DNA of 64,000 bases from Crocinitomicaceae bacterium (GTDB lineage Bacteria > Bacteroidota > Bacteroidia > Flavobacteriales_D > Crocinitomicaceae). Positions 56,001 to 64,000 of the stretch are shown one piece after another; within the stretch, counting starts at the first letter, position 1; each line of letters begins with the position of its first letter. Below the pieces are notes generated by a model. The model saw only the letters and a program-made list of their open reading frames with translations. It made no database searches and was not told where the DNA came from. The translations under genes were made by a program, and so were the position numbers. The stretch lies in contig JAWKMJ010000010.1 of NCBI GenBank assembly GCA_041392305.1, positions 29,879-93,878 on the forward strand. Reading direction: 5' to 3'.

Positions 56001-58425
56001 AGCAGCACTAGATCTGAAACCTAACGAATCCTATCCGAAGCAAAAAATTGATGAAATAAATAATATTCAAAATGCACAATCCAATCAAGCAGAATTAGAC
56101 AAGAAGTATAAGGACTTACTTATTGCTGCGGATGCTCAGTTTGCTTCAGCAAAGTATAAAGAGGCAATCAGTATTTATGAGGAAGCTCAAAAAGTAAAAC
56201 CTAATGAAGCTTATCCCCCGGAACAAATTGCATTAGCCAAGAAGAGAATAGCAGAAGCTTCTAATGATAATGTGGATGCTCAATATCTGGCATTTATAAA
56301 AACAGCAGATGAAGATTTTAATGGGCGTAACTGGGAAGCGGCTTTGAATAATTATCAATCGGCTCTTGAGATTAAACCTAATGAACTACATCCTACGAAT
56401 AGAGTAAAAGAGTTGATGCAGATTTTGGAAGAATTAGCAAATGCAGATGCTGAAAAAGCTGCAAGGGATAAAAAATATAACGACGCGCTTAAACGGGCTG
56501 ATGAATTTTTTAATTCGAACAAATTCAAAGAAGCCAGAACAGAATATCAGAGAGCAGTATCAATTAAAAATGAAGCCTATCCAAATAATCAGATTCTAGT
56601 TTGTGATAGAAAGATTAAAGAGTTAAATAATGCTATCGATGACGAACAAATTCAGAAGATTTTGGATGTTGCAGATAAGAAATTGACAGCCGAGGACTAT
56701 AACAAAGCTCTAGAATTATATAAAAGAGTAGTTGGTTTTCGTCCCGGACATGAATACGCTCAATCCAAAATTGCACAGATTAATGAGATTCTCGCAAGAT
56801 TGAATGCTGGCAATGTCGTACTTACTGACTGGGGAAATAAAGTAGATATTGAGGATGATAATCTTGAACTACTAATCGCAAATTCTCAAGCGAATGCTAA
56901 ATGGCAGGCCGATACCAGTGTTTCAAATCAAAAGCATAAACAAAATATGCTTGACTTGAACAGAACCGAAAACCAGGTTGATGCAAATCAAAATACTCTT
57001 GTAGAAATTAAAAAGGTTGAAGCAGATCTTAAAAAGGCGGAAGAAAACGCAGATGATCAGAGATTAGTTACTACCAACGAGGTGGTTCAATTTAGATCGG
57101 ATATTAATGATAAAAATACAAAAGATGGCTTTAATGATGAAAATGTAGCCCAACGAGAAAACAGAAAAATTGAAAATTTTCAAGACGCAAGAATCAAGGA
57201 ATTTGAAAAATCCGACGATGAAAGACTTAATAATGAACTAAATGTGGTCGCGTATAATGTTGAATTGGACAGATATCAGAATGAAGGGGACAAACTGAAT
57301 TATGATGGTGCAATTAATACTAGAAACCAAGTAGGGAATTTTGTTACCGATGTAGATGCTTGGAAGCAAGAAGCAGACTTGAATCGAGAAGATAATTCGA
57401 AGAGAGTTGATACTTATAATTATGATCTCGAGTTGGATAGAAATGATCGTCAAGCCGATCAAATAGCTTTGAATTATGACCAGAAGAATGAGATTAATTC
57501 GGTAGAATTGGAGATCGAAAACAATTTTAAAAATGCGGATGTTCCTCGTCAAGATAACAGTAAAAAGGTAGTGACTTATACAAATGGTCTTAACGAAAAA
57601 CAAAAAGCTGACAATGATAATCAATACAATGATATTGATAAGACAAAAAATGACATCAACGAATACCGAATCAATACTGAGAAGTGGCAAGAAAAAGCAG
57701 ATGAGCAAAGAGAAAATAATGAATTAGAAGTCATCGCATATAATCAAAACTTGGAAGTTGAGCAGAGAACGCATGATGATGGTTTCTACGATGCCATTAC
57801 TAATACGAAAGATGATATACGAGACATTGAGACATTAATCAAAGAGAATCAAAAAGACGATGATAAACCTAGAGAAAATAATTCCCAAGTTGTCAACACC
57901 TATGTTTCGGATTTAGATAATAAGAATTTTCAGGATAGAGAAAAGGAAAAAGACCGTGCCGAAAAAACAAAGATCGATGTAAATGTACTAATCGATACTA
58001 AAAATAGAAAAGACGAAGATGGGGCTAATATTGCCGTGAAAAGTGCAGATGATGTTCAAGATTACACTGATGATCTTGCAAAACGGAAGTCTCAAAATGG
58101 TGAGAATGAAAAAGATAAAATTGAAGATGCAAATAATCAAATTGATAAGATTAAAAATGGAGAGATTCAAGACTTTAGTGGAGGAGGGGCAAATAATTTG
58201 GCAGATAGATATCCACAAGGAGTTACAGAAGAAAAATTTGAAAAGAAAAACGCAAGTGGAGTTCTCATTGGTTATGTGACTAGAAGAATTGTAGTACAAG
58301 GAGATCGAGGAGATGTGTATGAAAAGATTCAAACGAAATTTGGAACTACCTATTTGAAGAATAATAACCCATGTACGGAGTTTCAATATACCAACGAATC
58401 TGCTGCGGAAAAACTTACGAAGTAA
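53032..58425 (+). CDS. giant secreted repeat protein: N-terminal beta-sandwich-like domain, 18 TPR-like repeats of about 60 aa, 7 acidic repeats of about 54 aa, and a small C-terminal domain
   Basis: 1797 aa from ATG 53032 (MRNLLFIFALVLSAGLFAQ). The N-terminus FTGAVKDLDGNKKLAGVKVTA is carboxypeptidase-regulatory-like. The repeat consensus is Y..L...AD.LF..K.Y..AK.KY.EAL..KP.E.YP..KI.EI...L. Confidence 0.85.
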   Translation: MRNLLFIFALVLSAGLFAQEGVIHFTGAVKDLDGNKKLAGVKVTATSGGAVVKSVSTSGGGSFDFTLAIGKSYKVEFEKSGYVSKYILIDTKNVNPDDLIQGQSGFQFEITIFQTVEGVDFSFLKSNPVADYSWDEQQGYMLFDEKQMRTVKDKIQDKIEEMNALKAQEEMKVKNFNKLVAEGDKSFSKEDYEMALQKYQEAKALIPDDPTILIKVKEAEQKLNEKKQKEQLAKVEEEYQAAIKAGESAFSGKNYQEALNQYSKAAQLKPNEQLPTNKIIEIEEILKKLKADQDAKEKLEKEYQNLITAGDNLFNAKDYENAKSKFQEALKLKAGEKYPADKISAIDALLKDQAANAEKEAKYKQLMDEAEGLFGAKNYADARSKFQEASNIKPAESLPKSKIAEIDEILNKLKEEQALEEKYKKLVADGDNLFGQQNYDEAKKKFQEALVVKSEEKYPKDKIAEIDKKLEELKNQKAQQEQYDNFISGADQLFEAKKYQEAKDKYNLALGIKQNAAYPIAQIKKCDDELKKIEDAAAFDKKYEQVLADAENLFNQKKYEESKKKYQEALSLKPTEKRPEAQIAIIDKLLKEIEDQKAIEESYKKAISEADELLSSKDYNNAKAKYLEAQKIKPGEAYPGQKIQEIDLILLKEAENNKLEGQYQALVKEADAFFDQEKWNEAKSKYMDALKIKKDEKYPQQRIDLIAQKIIQAEEAKQREEQYNKLIKIGDDMFVAGSFEDAKKKYEEALKIRPNEVHPTNRIKEINDKLASKLQAAEKEELYKKLVADADKLFSEKKYNEAKSKYNEALSVKANEPYPTDKIQEINNLLKDLQADQANLEAYKKVISDADKLYSDQKYSDAINKYKEALSIRQNENYPQDQIKKITELMKSEEAAKNDEQYNKILKVADKYFGEKNYDKAIELYNRALTFKPQEEYPRQKLKEIEDLKVKNAEEQAKLAELDKKYKELVAEGDQGFTSNNLDFAKSKYQAALDLKPNESYPKQKIDEINNIQNAQSNQAELDKKYKDLLIAADAQFASAKYKEAISIYEEAQKVKPNEAYPPEQIALAKKRIAEASNDNVDAQYLAFIKTADEDFNGRNWEAALNNYQSALEIKPNELHPTNRVKELMQILEELANADAEKAARDKKYNDALKRADEFFNSNKFKEARTEYQRAVSIKNEAYPNNQILVCDRKIKELNNAIDDEQIQKILDVADKKLTAEDYNKALELYKRVVGFRPGHEYAQSKIAQINEILARLNAGNVVLTDWGNKVDIEDDNLELLIANSQANAKWQADTSVSNQKHKQNMLDLNRTENQVDANQNTLVEIKKVEADLKKAEENADDQRLVTTNEVVQFRSDINDKNTKDGFNDENVAQRENRKIENFQDARIKEFEKSDDERLNNELNVVAYNVELDRYQNEGDKLNYDGAINTRNQVGNFVTDVDAWKQEADLNREDNSKRVDTYNYDLELDRNDRQADQIALNYDQKNEINSVELEIENNFKNADVPRQDNSKKVVTYTNGLNEKQKADNDNQYNDIDKTKNDINEYRINTEKWQEKADEQRENNELEVIAYNQNLEVEQRTHDDGFYDAITNTKDDIRDIETLIKENQKDDDKPRENNSQVVNTYVSDLDNKNFQDREKEKDRAEKTKIDVNVLIDTKNRKDEDGANIAVKSADDVQDYTDDLAKRKSQNGENEKDKIEDANNQIDKIKNGEIQDFSGGGANNLADRYPQGVTEEKFEKKNASGVLIGYVTRRIVVQGDRGDVYEKIQTKFGTTYLKNNNPCTEFQYTNESAAEKLTK

Positions 58426-58431
58426 TATTTA

Positions 58432-59487
58432 ATGAAACACATTCTTCTTGTACTGATAATGCCATGGATATTCATTTCATGTCATTCAAATAAATACAAT
58501 AAACCTGCTCCAGATATTGAGCCTGCAAAAAAGGAAATATATGGAAATACTCAAGGAACTACCTATACAGTTATTATCAATGACGAATTATCTATTACTA
58601 AAAAGGAAATAGATTCTATTCTATCCGAATTTGATATGGAACTTTCAACCTATGTTGATTCTTCTTTTATATCAATGTTTAACAGTCTTACCTCCGGGAA
58701 ATTGGAATATCAATCTGAAAATAGATATTTTAAACAGTGTTTATTTTATTCCAAGGAGGTATATGATCTTTCTAATGGCAGTTTTGATCCATCTGTTTTA
58801 CCTTTAGTAGATGCTTGGAATTTTTTTAAAGAGGATCATCAGGCAATTCCGGATTCAGCAACTATTGATAGTTTAAGGGCTTTAATAGGCTTTGAAAATG
58901 GTGTACACTTTTCTTATCGTCCTTCAGAATTTGACTATATTTCTAAAACTACTCCAGGATTCAGATTGGATTTTAATGCAATTGCGCAGGGGTATGCAGT
59001 GGATGTGGTTTATGATTTTATCCGTTCGAAGGGAGGCAATAGTTTTTATGTTGAAATTGGTGGTGAGATCAGGGTTAGAGGTAAGAAAAATGATGGAACC
59101 TCCTGGGTTGTAGCAGTGGAGGAGCCAAATGAAACTAAAGAAAGAGAGGCGATTACTTATATTGAATTAGATGAAAAGGCTCTCGCAACTTCGGGAAATT
59201 ACAGAAAATTTTACGAGAAAAATGGAGTGAAATATGCCCATACAATAAATCCAAAAACTGGATATCCCGTTCAACATTCTCTCTTAAGTGCAACTGTCGT
59301 AGCTGAAAATTGTGCCTATGCCGATGCATTTGCTACTATGTTTATGGTGATAGGAGTAGATGAATCAATGGAATTTGTAAAAAAACACCCGGAGCTGAAT
59401 CTAGCCGTTTATTTTATCTTTAATAATCAAAAGAATAGGTTGGAAGTTGCTTATAATAAGACCTTTGAATCTTTAATTAAAAAATAA
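58432..59487 (+). CDS. apbE: FAD:protein FMN transferase (ApbE family)
   Basis: 351 aa. Lipobox FISCH. GTTYTVII, DFNAIAQGYAVD, ALATSGNYRKF and ADAFATMFMV motifs. It starts 6 nt after the giant gene's stop. Confidence 0.85.
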   Translation: MKHILLVLIMPWIFISCHSNKYNKPAPDIEPAKKEIYGNTQGTTYTVIINDELSITKKEIDSILSEFDMELSTYVDSSFISMFNSLTSGKLEYQSENRYFKQCLFYSKEVYDLSNGSFDPSVLPLVDAWNFFKEDHQAIPDSATIDSLRALIGFENGVHFSYRPSEFDYISKTTPGFRLDFNAIAQGYAVDVVYDFIRSKGGNSFYVEIGGEIRVRGKKNDGTSWVVAVEEPNETKEREAITYIELDEKALATSGNYRKFYEKNGVKYAHTINPKTGYPVQHSLLSATVVAENCAYADAFATMFMVIGVDESMEFVKKHPELNLAVYFIFNNQKNRLEVAYNKTFESLIKK

Positions 59488-59544
59488 AAATCCTTTCTTT
59501 TCTTAAGAATTTAGTATTTTCGCAGCGAATTTAAAACAAAGCTG

Positions 59545-60516
59545 ATGAGAACAAAACTATTTTTTGCACTATTCTTTCTAACTCTATCGCACTTTTCTTT
59601 CGCTCAAGATGGTGAAGGAAAAGTTAAGAATAAGAAAGTGAAAATTGAAAAACCTGATTCACTTAAGTTGTGGAAATACAATATGTTTGGGTCGCTTTCA
59701 ACAACTCAATCTGCTTACATGAATTGGGCATCAGGGGGAGATAACTCTATTTCACTAAATGGGATTATTCGCTTGAAATTTAAATATGAAACAAAAAAGT
59801 TCTTTTGGGATAATGCATATAATTTTGCTCTAGGGATGAATGTGATTTTCAAAGACGGATCGGTGGCTAAAACGGATGATGTAATCAATTTGCAAACTAA
59901 AGCTGGATGGAAGTTTGCGAAAAGTTGGTCTTTGGTAGGAGAGTTTGGTTTTCTAACACAATTCACACATGGTTATATTGCTGATGAGGTTCATTTTTCA
60001 TCTTCGTTCATGGCACCAGGGTATTACAGTCCTTCGATTGCAGTAGAATACAGACCTTTCGAAGGGTTTTATGTGACGGCCACACCATTAAAGGGAATTA
60101 TAACAGTTGTAAACGACCAAGTACTAGCAAATAGAGGTGCCTATGGGAACAAAGCAGCAGATTATGATGCGAATGGAAATATTATCAACCTAGGTGAAAA
60201 AGTAAGATATCAGTTAGGAGCTTATCTTAGCATAGGTTTTGCAAAAGAACTTACCAAATCAATCGCCATTGATACGAAACTATCCTTGTTTTCAAATTAT
60301 TTTCAAGAGAGACCTCAAAATATTGATGTTAATTTTGATCTTCTTTTTAAATTTAAAATCAATTCTTGGCTCAGCTCTTATCTTATGCTAGCAATTGTAT
60401 ATGATGATGATGTAAAAATTCCTCTTGGAAATGATACGTATGGTCCTCGTCTACAACTAAAGCAGATATTAGGTTTGGGCTTGGCATATACGTTCAAGAA
60501 CCATGATTTTAAATAA
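59545..60516 (+). CDS. DUF3078-like outer-membrane beta-barrel protein
   Basis: 323 aa with a signal peptide. GSLSTTQSAYMNWASGGDNSISLNG and alternating beta-strand patterns ending in an aromatic residue. The family name is from memory. Confidence 0.55.
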   Translation: MRTKLFFALFFLTLSHFSFAQDGEGKVKNKKVKIEKPDSLKLWKYNMFGSLSTTQSAYMNWASGGDNSISLNGIIRLKFKYETKKFFWDNAYNFALGMNVIFKDGSVAKTDDVINLQTKAGWKFAKSWSLVGEFGFLTQFTHGYIADEVHFSSSFMAPGYYSPSIAVEYRPFEGFYVTATPLKGIITVVNDQVLANRGAYGNKAADYDANGNIINLGEKVRYQLGAYLSIGFAKELTKSIAIDTKLSLFSNYFQERPQNIDVNFDLLFKFKINSWLSSYLMLAIVYDDDVKIPLGNDTYGPRLQLKQILGLGLAYTFKNHDFK

Positions 60517-61231
60517 GCAAAGTTTATATTTCTTAATATTTAGTTTTACATTTCTTATTGCTTGTAAAAAAGAGGATGCCACACCCCCTTCAGCAAATTT
60601 TCTAGCCTATAATGTAAGTTGTATTGCTCCTTGCGAGGTTTATTTTTTTGATGAATCAGAAAGAGCGGTTAGTTGGTCTTGGAATTTTGGCAATGGACAA
60701 ACATCTAGCAAAAAGGATGATACTATTACTTTTCAGCATGCGGGAAACTATGAGGTAAAACTGGAGGTTACAGCTGAAAATGGGGTAGCAGATTCCAAAA
60801 TTAAGTGGATTACGATTTTATCAGCGGATACAATGTTTGTCTCGAATGTAGAACTACTGCAGTATAAAACTCTTACTACAAGTTGGACCTCATGGGATGT
60901 CGATGAGCATGTTGGTGAGGATTTTTATATCGATATCAAGGAAAATGGAAATTTAATTTATTCAGGTGATACTGTAGCATTTTCAAACAAATCTTCAGCA
61001 GATTTGCCGTTAGCATTTATTTTGAATCGATCACTAGCAGAAGATCAAGGAACTTATGAAATTCTATTATATGACAAAGACACACTCTCAGCAAACGATT
61101 TTCTGGGAAGCGTTTCTTTTAGTCCGCTAGATTATAATAATGCTACTAATATCAACCCTCCAAATCAAATTACCCTAGAATCGATTTCTGATAGTTTGAT
61201 TGTCAGATTAAACGTTAGCTGGTTGAATTGA
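60503..61231 (+). CDS. PKD-domain lipoprotein
   Basis: 242 aa. Lipobox FLIACKK. WSWNFGNGQTSSKKDDTITFQHAGNYEVKLEVTAENG is a PKD signature. It overlaps the upstream gene by 14 nt. Confidence 0.65.
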   Translation: MILNKQSLYFLIFSFTFLIACKKEDATPPSANFLAYNVSCIAPCEVYFFDESERAVSWSWNFGNGQTSSKKDDTITFQHAGNYEVKLEVTAENGVADSKIKWITILSADTMFVSNVELLQYKTLTTSWTSWDVDEHVGEDFYIDIKENGNLIYSGDTVAFSNKSSADLPLAFILNRSLAEDQGTYEILLYDKDTLSANDFLGSVSFSPLDYNNATNINPPNQITLESISDSLIVRLNVSWLN

Positions 61232-61744
61232 TCACTTCTTGGCATTTTTTTCAGCGAGAGAGGCAGATGCTGAGGCCATAAAAATAAAGTTAAGGCCGTC
61301 TTTTCCAGAACAAAAATCACTCATGCATTCAGCTACTATTAAACTTTTGTATTTTACTAGTTTATCATCTCCAATTCCGTAAAGAGCTTTAATTTCTTTC
61401 TCGAGTTCGTTTTTTTCATCTTCATTCACCCGAGAATTCGACAAACAATCGTAATATGGTTTGGCTTCAAGCATTAATTTTTTTAGTTCCTCTTTCTCCT
61501 CATCGGTTGCTTTTTCACCAGAATCCTTCAGTTTTTTAATTTCTGTTAGCTTGTTAACCACTGCTTCTACCTGTTTCTCGTGTTTACTGGCACAATTACA
61601 AAAATCATTGGCGTATAATTTAGCTGTTATTCTTGCTCCAGTTGATAGTTTTTCTACATCTGCATCGCCATTGAATTTTTGACCAAAAGTAGAATTAGCA
61701 AAATGTAAAGTAAGTATGAGAAATCCCCAAATAATTGTTTTCAT
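61232..61744 (-). CDS. hypothetical secreted Cys-containing protein
   Basis: I prefer ATG 61744 (MKTIIWGFLILTLHFANSTFGQ). No family recognised. Confidence 0.5.
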   Translation of the reverse strand: MKTIIWGFLILTLHFANSTFGQKFNGDADVEKLSTGARITAKLYANDFCNCASKHEKQVEAVVNKLTEIKKLKDSGEKATDEEKEELKKLMLEAKPYYDCLSNSRVNEDEKNELEKEIKALYGIGDDKLVKYKSLIVAECMSDFCSGKDGLNFIFMASASASLAEKNAKK

Positions 61745-61881
61745 TTTTATAAGTTTAGTTTTAAAAGAATCCAAATATAATGTGAATTTAGAAATGGTTT
61801 CTGTAACCAACACAAAATTTGAATAATTTAATGGATCTATAGTATAAAAAAAACCTAGAATAAAACTAGGTTTTTCTTATG

Positions 61882-61956
61882 TCGGGGTGAGAGGATTCGA
61901 ACCTCCGATCTCACGCCCCCCAGACGTGCACTTTAACCGGACTAAGCTACACCCCG
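61882..61956 (-). tRNA. tRNA-Pro (anticodon GGG)
   Basis: The 75-nt reverse complement CGGGGTG-TA-GCTT...AAGT-G-CACGT-CTGGGGG-GCGTG-AGATC-GGAGG-TTCGAAT-CCTCT-CACCCCG-A folds into a full cloverleaf. G18G19, the TTCGAAT T-loop and G37 are present. CCA is not encoded. Confidence 0.93.
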
Positions 61957-61967
61957 AAATCTGATGA

Positions 61968-61975
61968 CAAATCTA
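61968..61975 (-). promoter_or_regulatory. -7 box TAGATTTG (minus strand) for tRNA-Pro
   Basis: The reverse complement of CAAATCTA matches TAnnTTTG, 11 nt upstream of the tRNA 5' end. Confidence 0.4.
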
Positions 61976-62111
61976 GTAAAAATCTTTGTGCACCTCTATT
62001 TTTAATTTTCTTTTCTAAGGCGATTGTGATAGTTCTTGATTGAATCTAAATATAGATCGACTTGAGTCTTCAAGTTTTCTTCAAATTTAAAATCTAAATT
62101 TAGCAAAGTTT

Positions 62112-64000
62112 ATGTCCAACTACATAATTAATAGTATTCTTAAATTGAAGAGACTTATTCTTTTATTATTGCTAAGTGTATCGATTTTCACACATTCTCA
62201 AGTGAGTAGAGTTGCTCTTTCTGGAGTTGTATTTGATGATTTTTCGAAGAATCCAATTCCATTTGCAAATGTTATTATTAAAAATAGCAGTGATTCACTT
62301 TTTCTAACAGGAGGAATAACTAATGATTTTGGTGAATTTAACATTGAAGTTGGCGCTGAAAGTGGATATATTGTTGAAATTTCCTTTATCGGGTATCATC
62401 CACTTACAAAATCAATATATGTTGGTGATGGGTCAAATTATTTAGACCTCGGTAAATTTTTTATGACAACTGAAACTCAGGAATTAGGTGAAGTTGAAAT
62501 TTCTGCCAAAGAAGCAGATGTGTCCAGTAAAATGGATAAAAAATCGTTTAAAATAGAAGAGAACTTGAGTCAGACGGGAGGTAGTGTATTGCAAGCTATG
62601 CAAAATTTGCCAAGTGTAACGATTCAAGATGGGAAGGTCATGATAAGAGGGAATTCTAACGTGATTGTTTTGATAGATGGAAAGCAATCTGCAATAACTG
62701 GTTTTGGAAATCAAAGTGGATTGGAAAATATCCCTGCATCAGCCATCGACAAAATAGAGATAATAAATAATCCATCTGCGAAAAACGAGGCCAATGGTTC
62801 AGGAGGAATTATAAACATTATTCTAAAAAAAGAAAATAAAAATGGATTCAACGGGAAAGTTGGAATATCTATTGGTGCGGGAGCATTTTGGATTAAAAAG
62901 CAAAATTTGCCATCGATAAGGCCTCAATATCAGTTTACACCTAAAGTCAACCCAAGCTTGTCGCTAAATTATAGAAATAACAAATTCAATGTTTTTCTTC
63001 AAGCGGATTATTTGTACACACATACTTTGAATAAAAATGAGTTTGTGACAAGAACCTATGATGACGGAACGATTATCAATCAGCAAACAATGAGAAATAG
63101 AAATACAGGATTTCTAAATGTTAAAATAGGATTTGATTTTGATTTTAGTGATCGCAATAAATTGACAGTTTTTGGGATGTTTTCAAGTGAGGATATTATT
63201 GACAAGGGTGATGAACCTTTTTTTAATGCAGATTTATCAACTAGATTGAGGTTATGGCGGTTTACAGAAGATGAATTAAAAACAACTGGAATAGCAGCAA
63301 TCAATTTTGAACATAAATTTAAGCAACCAGGACATGAAGTAGTGATTAATGGAAATTATACATTTCATAGAGAAAATGAACAATATTATTTTCAAAACAT
63401 TTATCCGTCCTTTGAAGATTTAGATTCTTTTAAATTAATCTCTGACGAACAAGTATTGAATACTAGTATAGACTATGTAAAACCTTTGAAATATGGAAAG
63501 ATTGAAGCTGGGATAAATTTTAGATATCGCTATATTCCAACAAACATGCTTTTTATTCCAGGAGATAGTTCTCAATTTGATTCTAGTGCAGGTGGATGGG
63601 CTAATTATAGAGAGGTTATTCCTGCCATTTATGGTGATTATATTTTTCAAAGTAGAAAATTTGATGCCCAAATAGGTGTTCGATTAGAATATGTAAATGT
63701 AGATTATTTAGTAAATCCAAATCATCCAACATATAGCAGTGATGGATATCAATACATTCAACCTTTTCCAAATGTAAATTTAGGCTATAGAATAAATCAG
63801 AATAACAAAATTTCACTGGCCTATAATAGAAGAGTAACAAGACCAAATGAAGTGGATATTAGAATTTTTCCAAAATATGATGATGCTGAAATAATTAAAG
63901 TTGGTAACCCTGCCTTACATCCTGAATTCACCGATAAAATAGAATTCGGATACAAATTAACTTTTAGAAAAGGATATTTTTATAGTGCAATTTATGGTTT
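62112..64000 (+). CDS. TonB-dependent receptor with an N-terminal carboxypeptidase-regulatory-like domain (3' end outside window)
   Basis: Not in the ORF track because there is no stop in the window. Hand translation from ATG 62112 gives MSNYIINSILKLKRLILLLLLSVSIFTHSQ...LSGVVFDDFSKNPIPFANVIIKN...SVLQAMQNLPSVTIQDGKVMIRGNSNVIVLIDGKQS...IDKIEIINNPSAKNEANGSGGIINIILKK (plug domain). The frame is still open at 64000. Confidence 0.8.
   Translation, partial: MSNYIINSILKLKRLILLLLLSVSIFTHSQVSRVALSGVVFDDFSKNPIPFANVIIKNSSDSLFLTGGITNDFGEFNIEVGAESGYIVEISFIGYHPLTKSIYVGDGSNYLDLGKFFMTTETQELGEVEISAKEADVSSKMDKKSFKIEENLSQTGGSVLQAMQNLPSVTIQDGKVMIRGNSNVIVLIDGKQSAITGFGNQSGLENIPASAIDKIEIINNPSAKNEANGSGGIINIILKKENKNGFNGKVGISIGAGAFWIKKQNLPSIRPQYQFTPKVNPSLSLNYRNNKFNVFLQADYLYTHTLNKNEFVTRTYDDGTIINQQTMRNRNTGFLNVKIGFDFDFSDRNKLTVFGMFSSEDIIDKGDEPFFNADLSTRLRLWRFTEDELKTTGIAAINFEHKFKQPGHEVVINGNYTFHRENEQYYFQNIYPSFEDLDSFKLISDEQVLNTSIDYVKPLKYGKIEAGINFRYRYIPTNMLFIPGDSSQFDSSAGGWANYREVIPAIYGDYIFQSRKFDAQIGVRLEYVNVDYLVNPNHPTYSSDGYQYIQPFPNVNLGYRINQNNKISLAYNRRVTRPNEVDIRIFPKYDDAEIIKVGNPALHPEFTDKIEFGYKLTFRKGYFYSAIYG

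Noticed and set aside
57238-57708. Antisense 156-aa ORF inside the giant repeat gene. Similar shadow ORFs lie at 53401..53631, 54025..54282, 55164..55451 and 57988..58386.
   Set aside because: They are low-complexity Ile/Leu/Phe-rich translations of the antisense of a Lys/Glu/Asp-rich gene, which are typical shadow ORFs in AT-rich DNA.
61745-62111. Genomic island integrated at tRNA-Pro.
   Set aside because: There is no integrase, no phage or mobile genes on either side, and I did not spot a direct repeat of the tRNA 3' end. The flanking genes are ordinary envelope genes.

Overview
The window is a visibly AT-rich, densely packed chromosomal segment. It looks like a Bacteroidota genome, probably Flavobacteriia-like. 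The evidence is TAnnTTTG-type -7 boxes close to start codons, a fused-E1 2-oxoacid dehydrogenase, a TonB-dependent receptor with a carboxypeptidase-regulatory-like N-terminus, and DUF3078/YARHG/PKD envelope proteins.

I can support about 60 protein genes, one tRNA-Pro(GGG), one frameshift-riddled RND permease, about ten intrinsic terminators and several intergenic repeat arrays. Gene content is mostly housekeeping:
- histidine utilisation tail (hutG, hutF)
- a tripartite RND efflux operon
- smpB and two ECF-type sigma factors
- gcvT, an M16 peptidase pair, and a serC-serA-DUF1015-yggS operon
- lgt, an mscS-family gene, fabI, recQ, ilvE, a fatty-acid desaturase, ssb and apbE

I found no CRISPR array, transposase, integrase, phage gene, toxin-antitoxin pair or recognisable defence system, so I cannot point to a clear novel multi-gene system.

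The items not explained by ordinary annotation are:
1. A terminated structured RNA candidate of about 170 nt with a 6S-like rod-and-bubble fold, at 52185-52360.
2. A family of short-period and 77-bp repeats placed just after the stop codons of minus-strand genes (3760-3975, 35795-35897, 39249-39277, 42717-42839). It includes a 46-nt core present at two loci 39 kb apart.
3. A 1797-aa secreted protein built from 18 repeats of about 60 aa plus 7 repeats of about 54 aa, tightly followed by an orphan apbE.
4. A burst of at least ten 1-2-nt frame changes confined to about 870 bp of the RND permease.

All family names come from motif recognition by eye. No database search was run.
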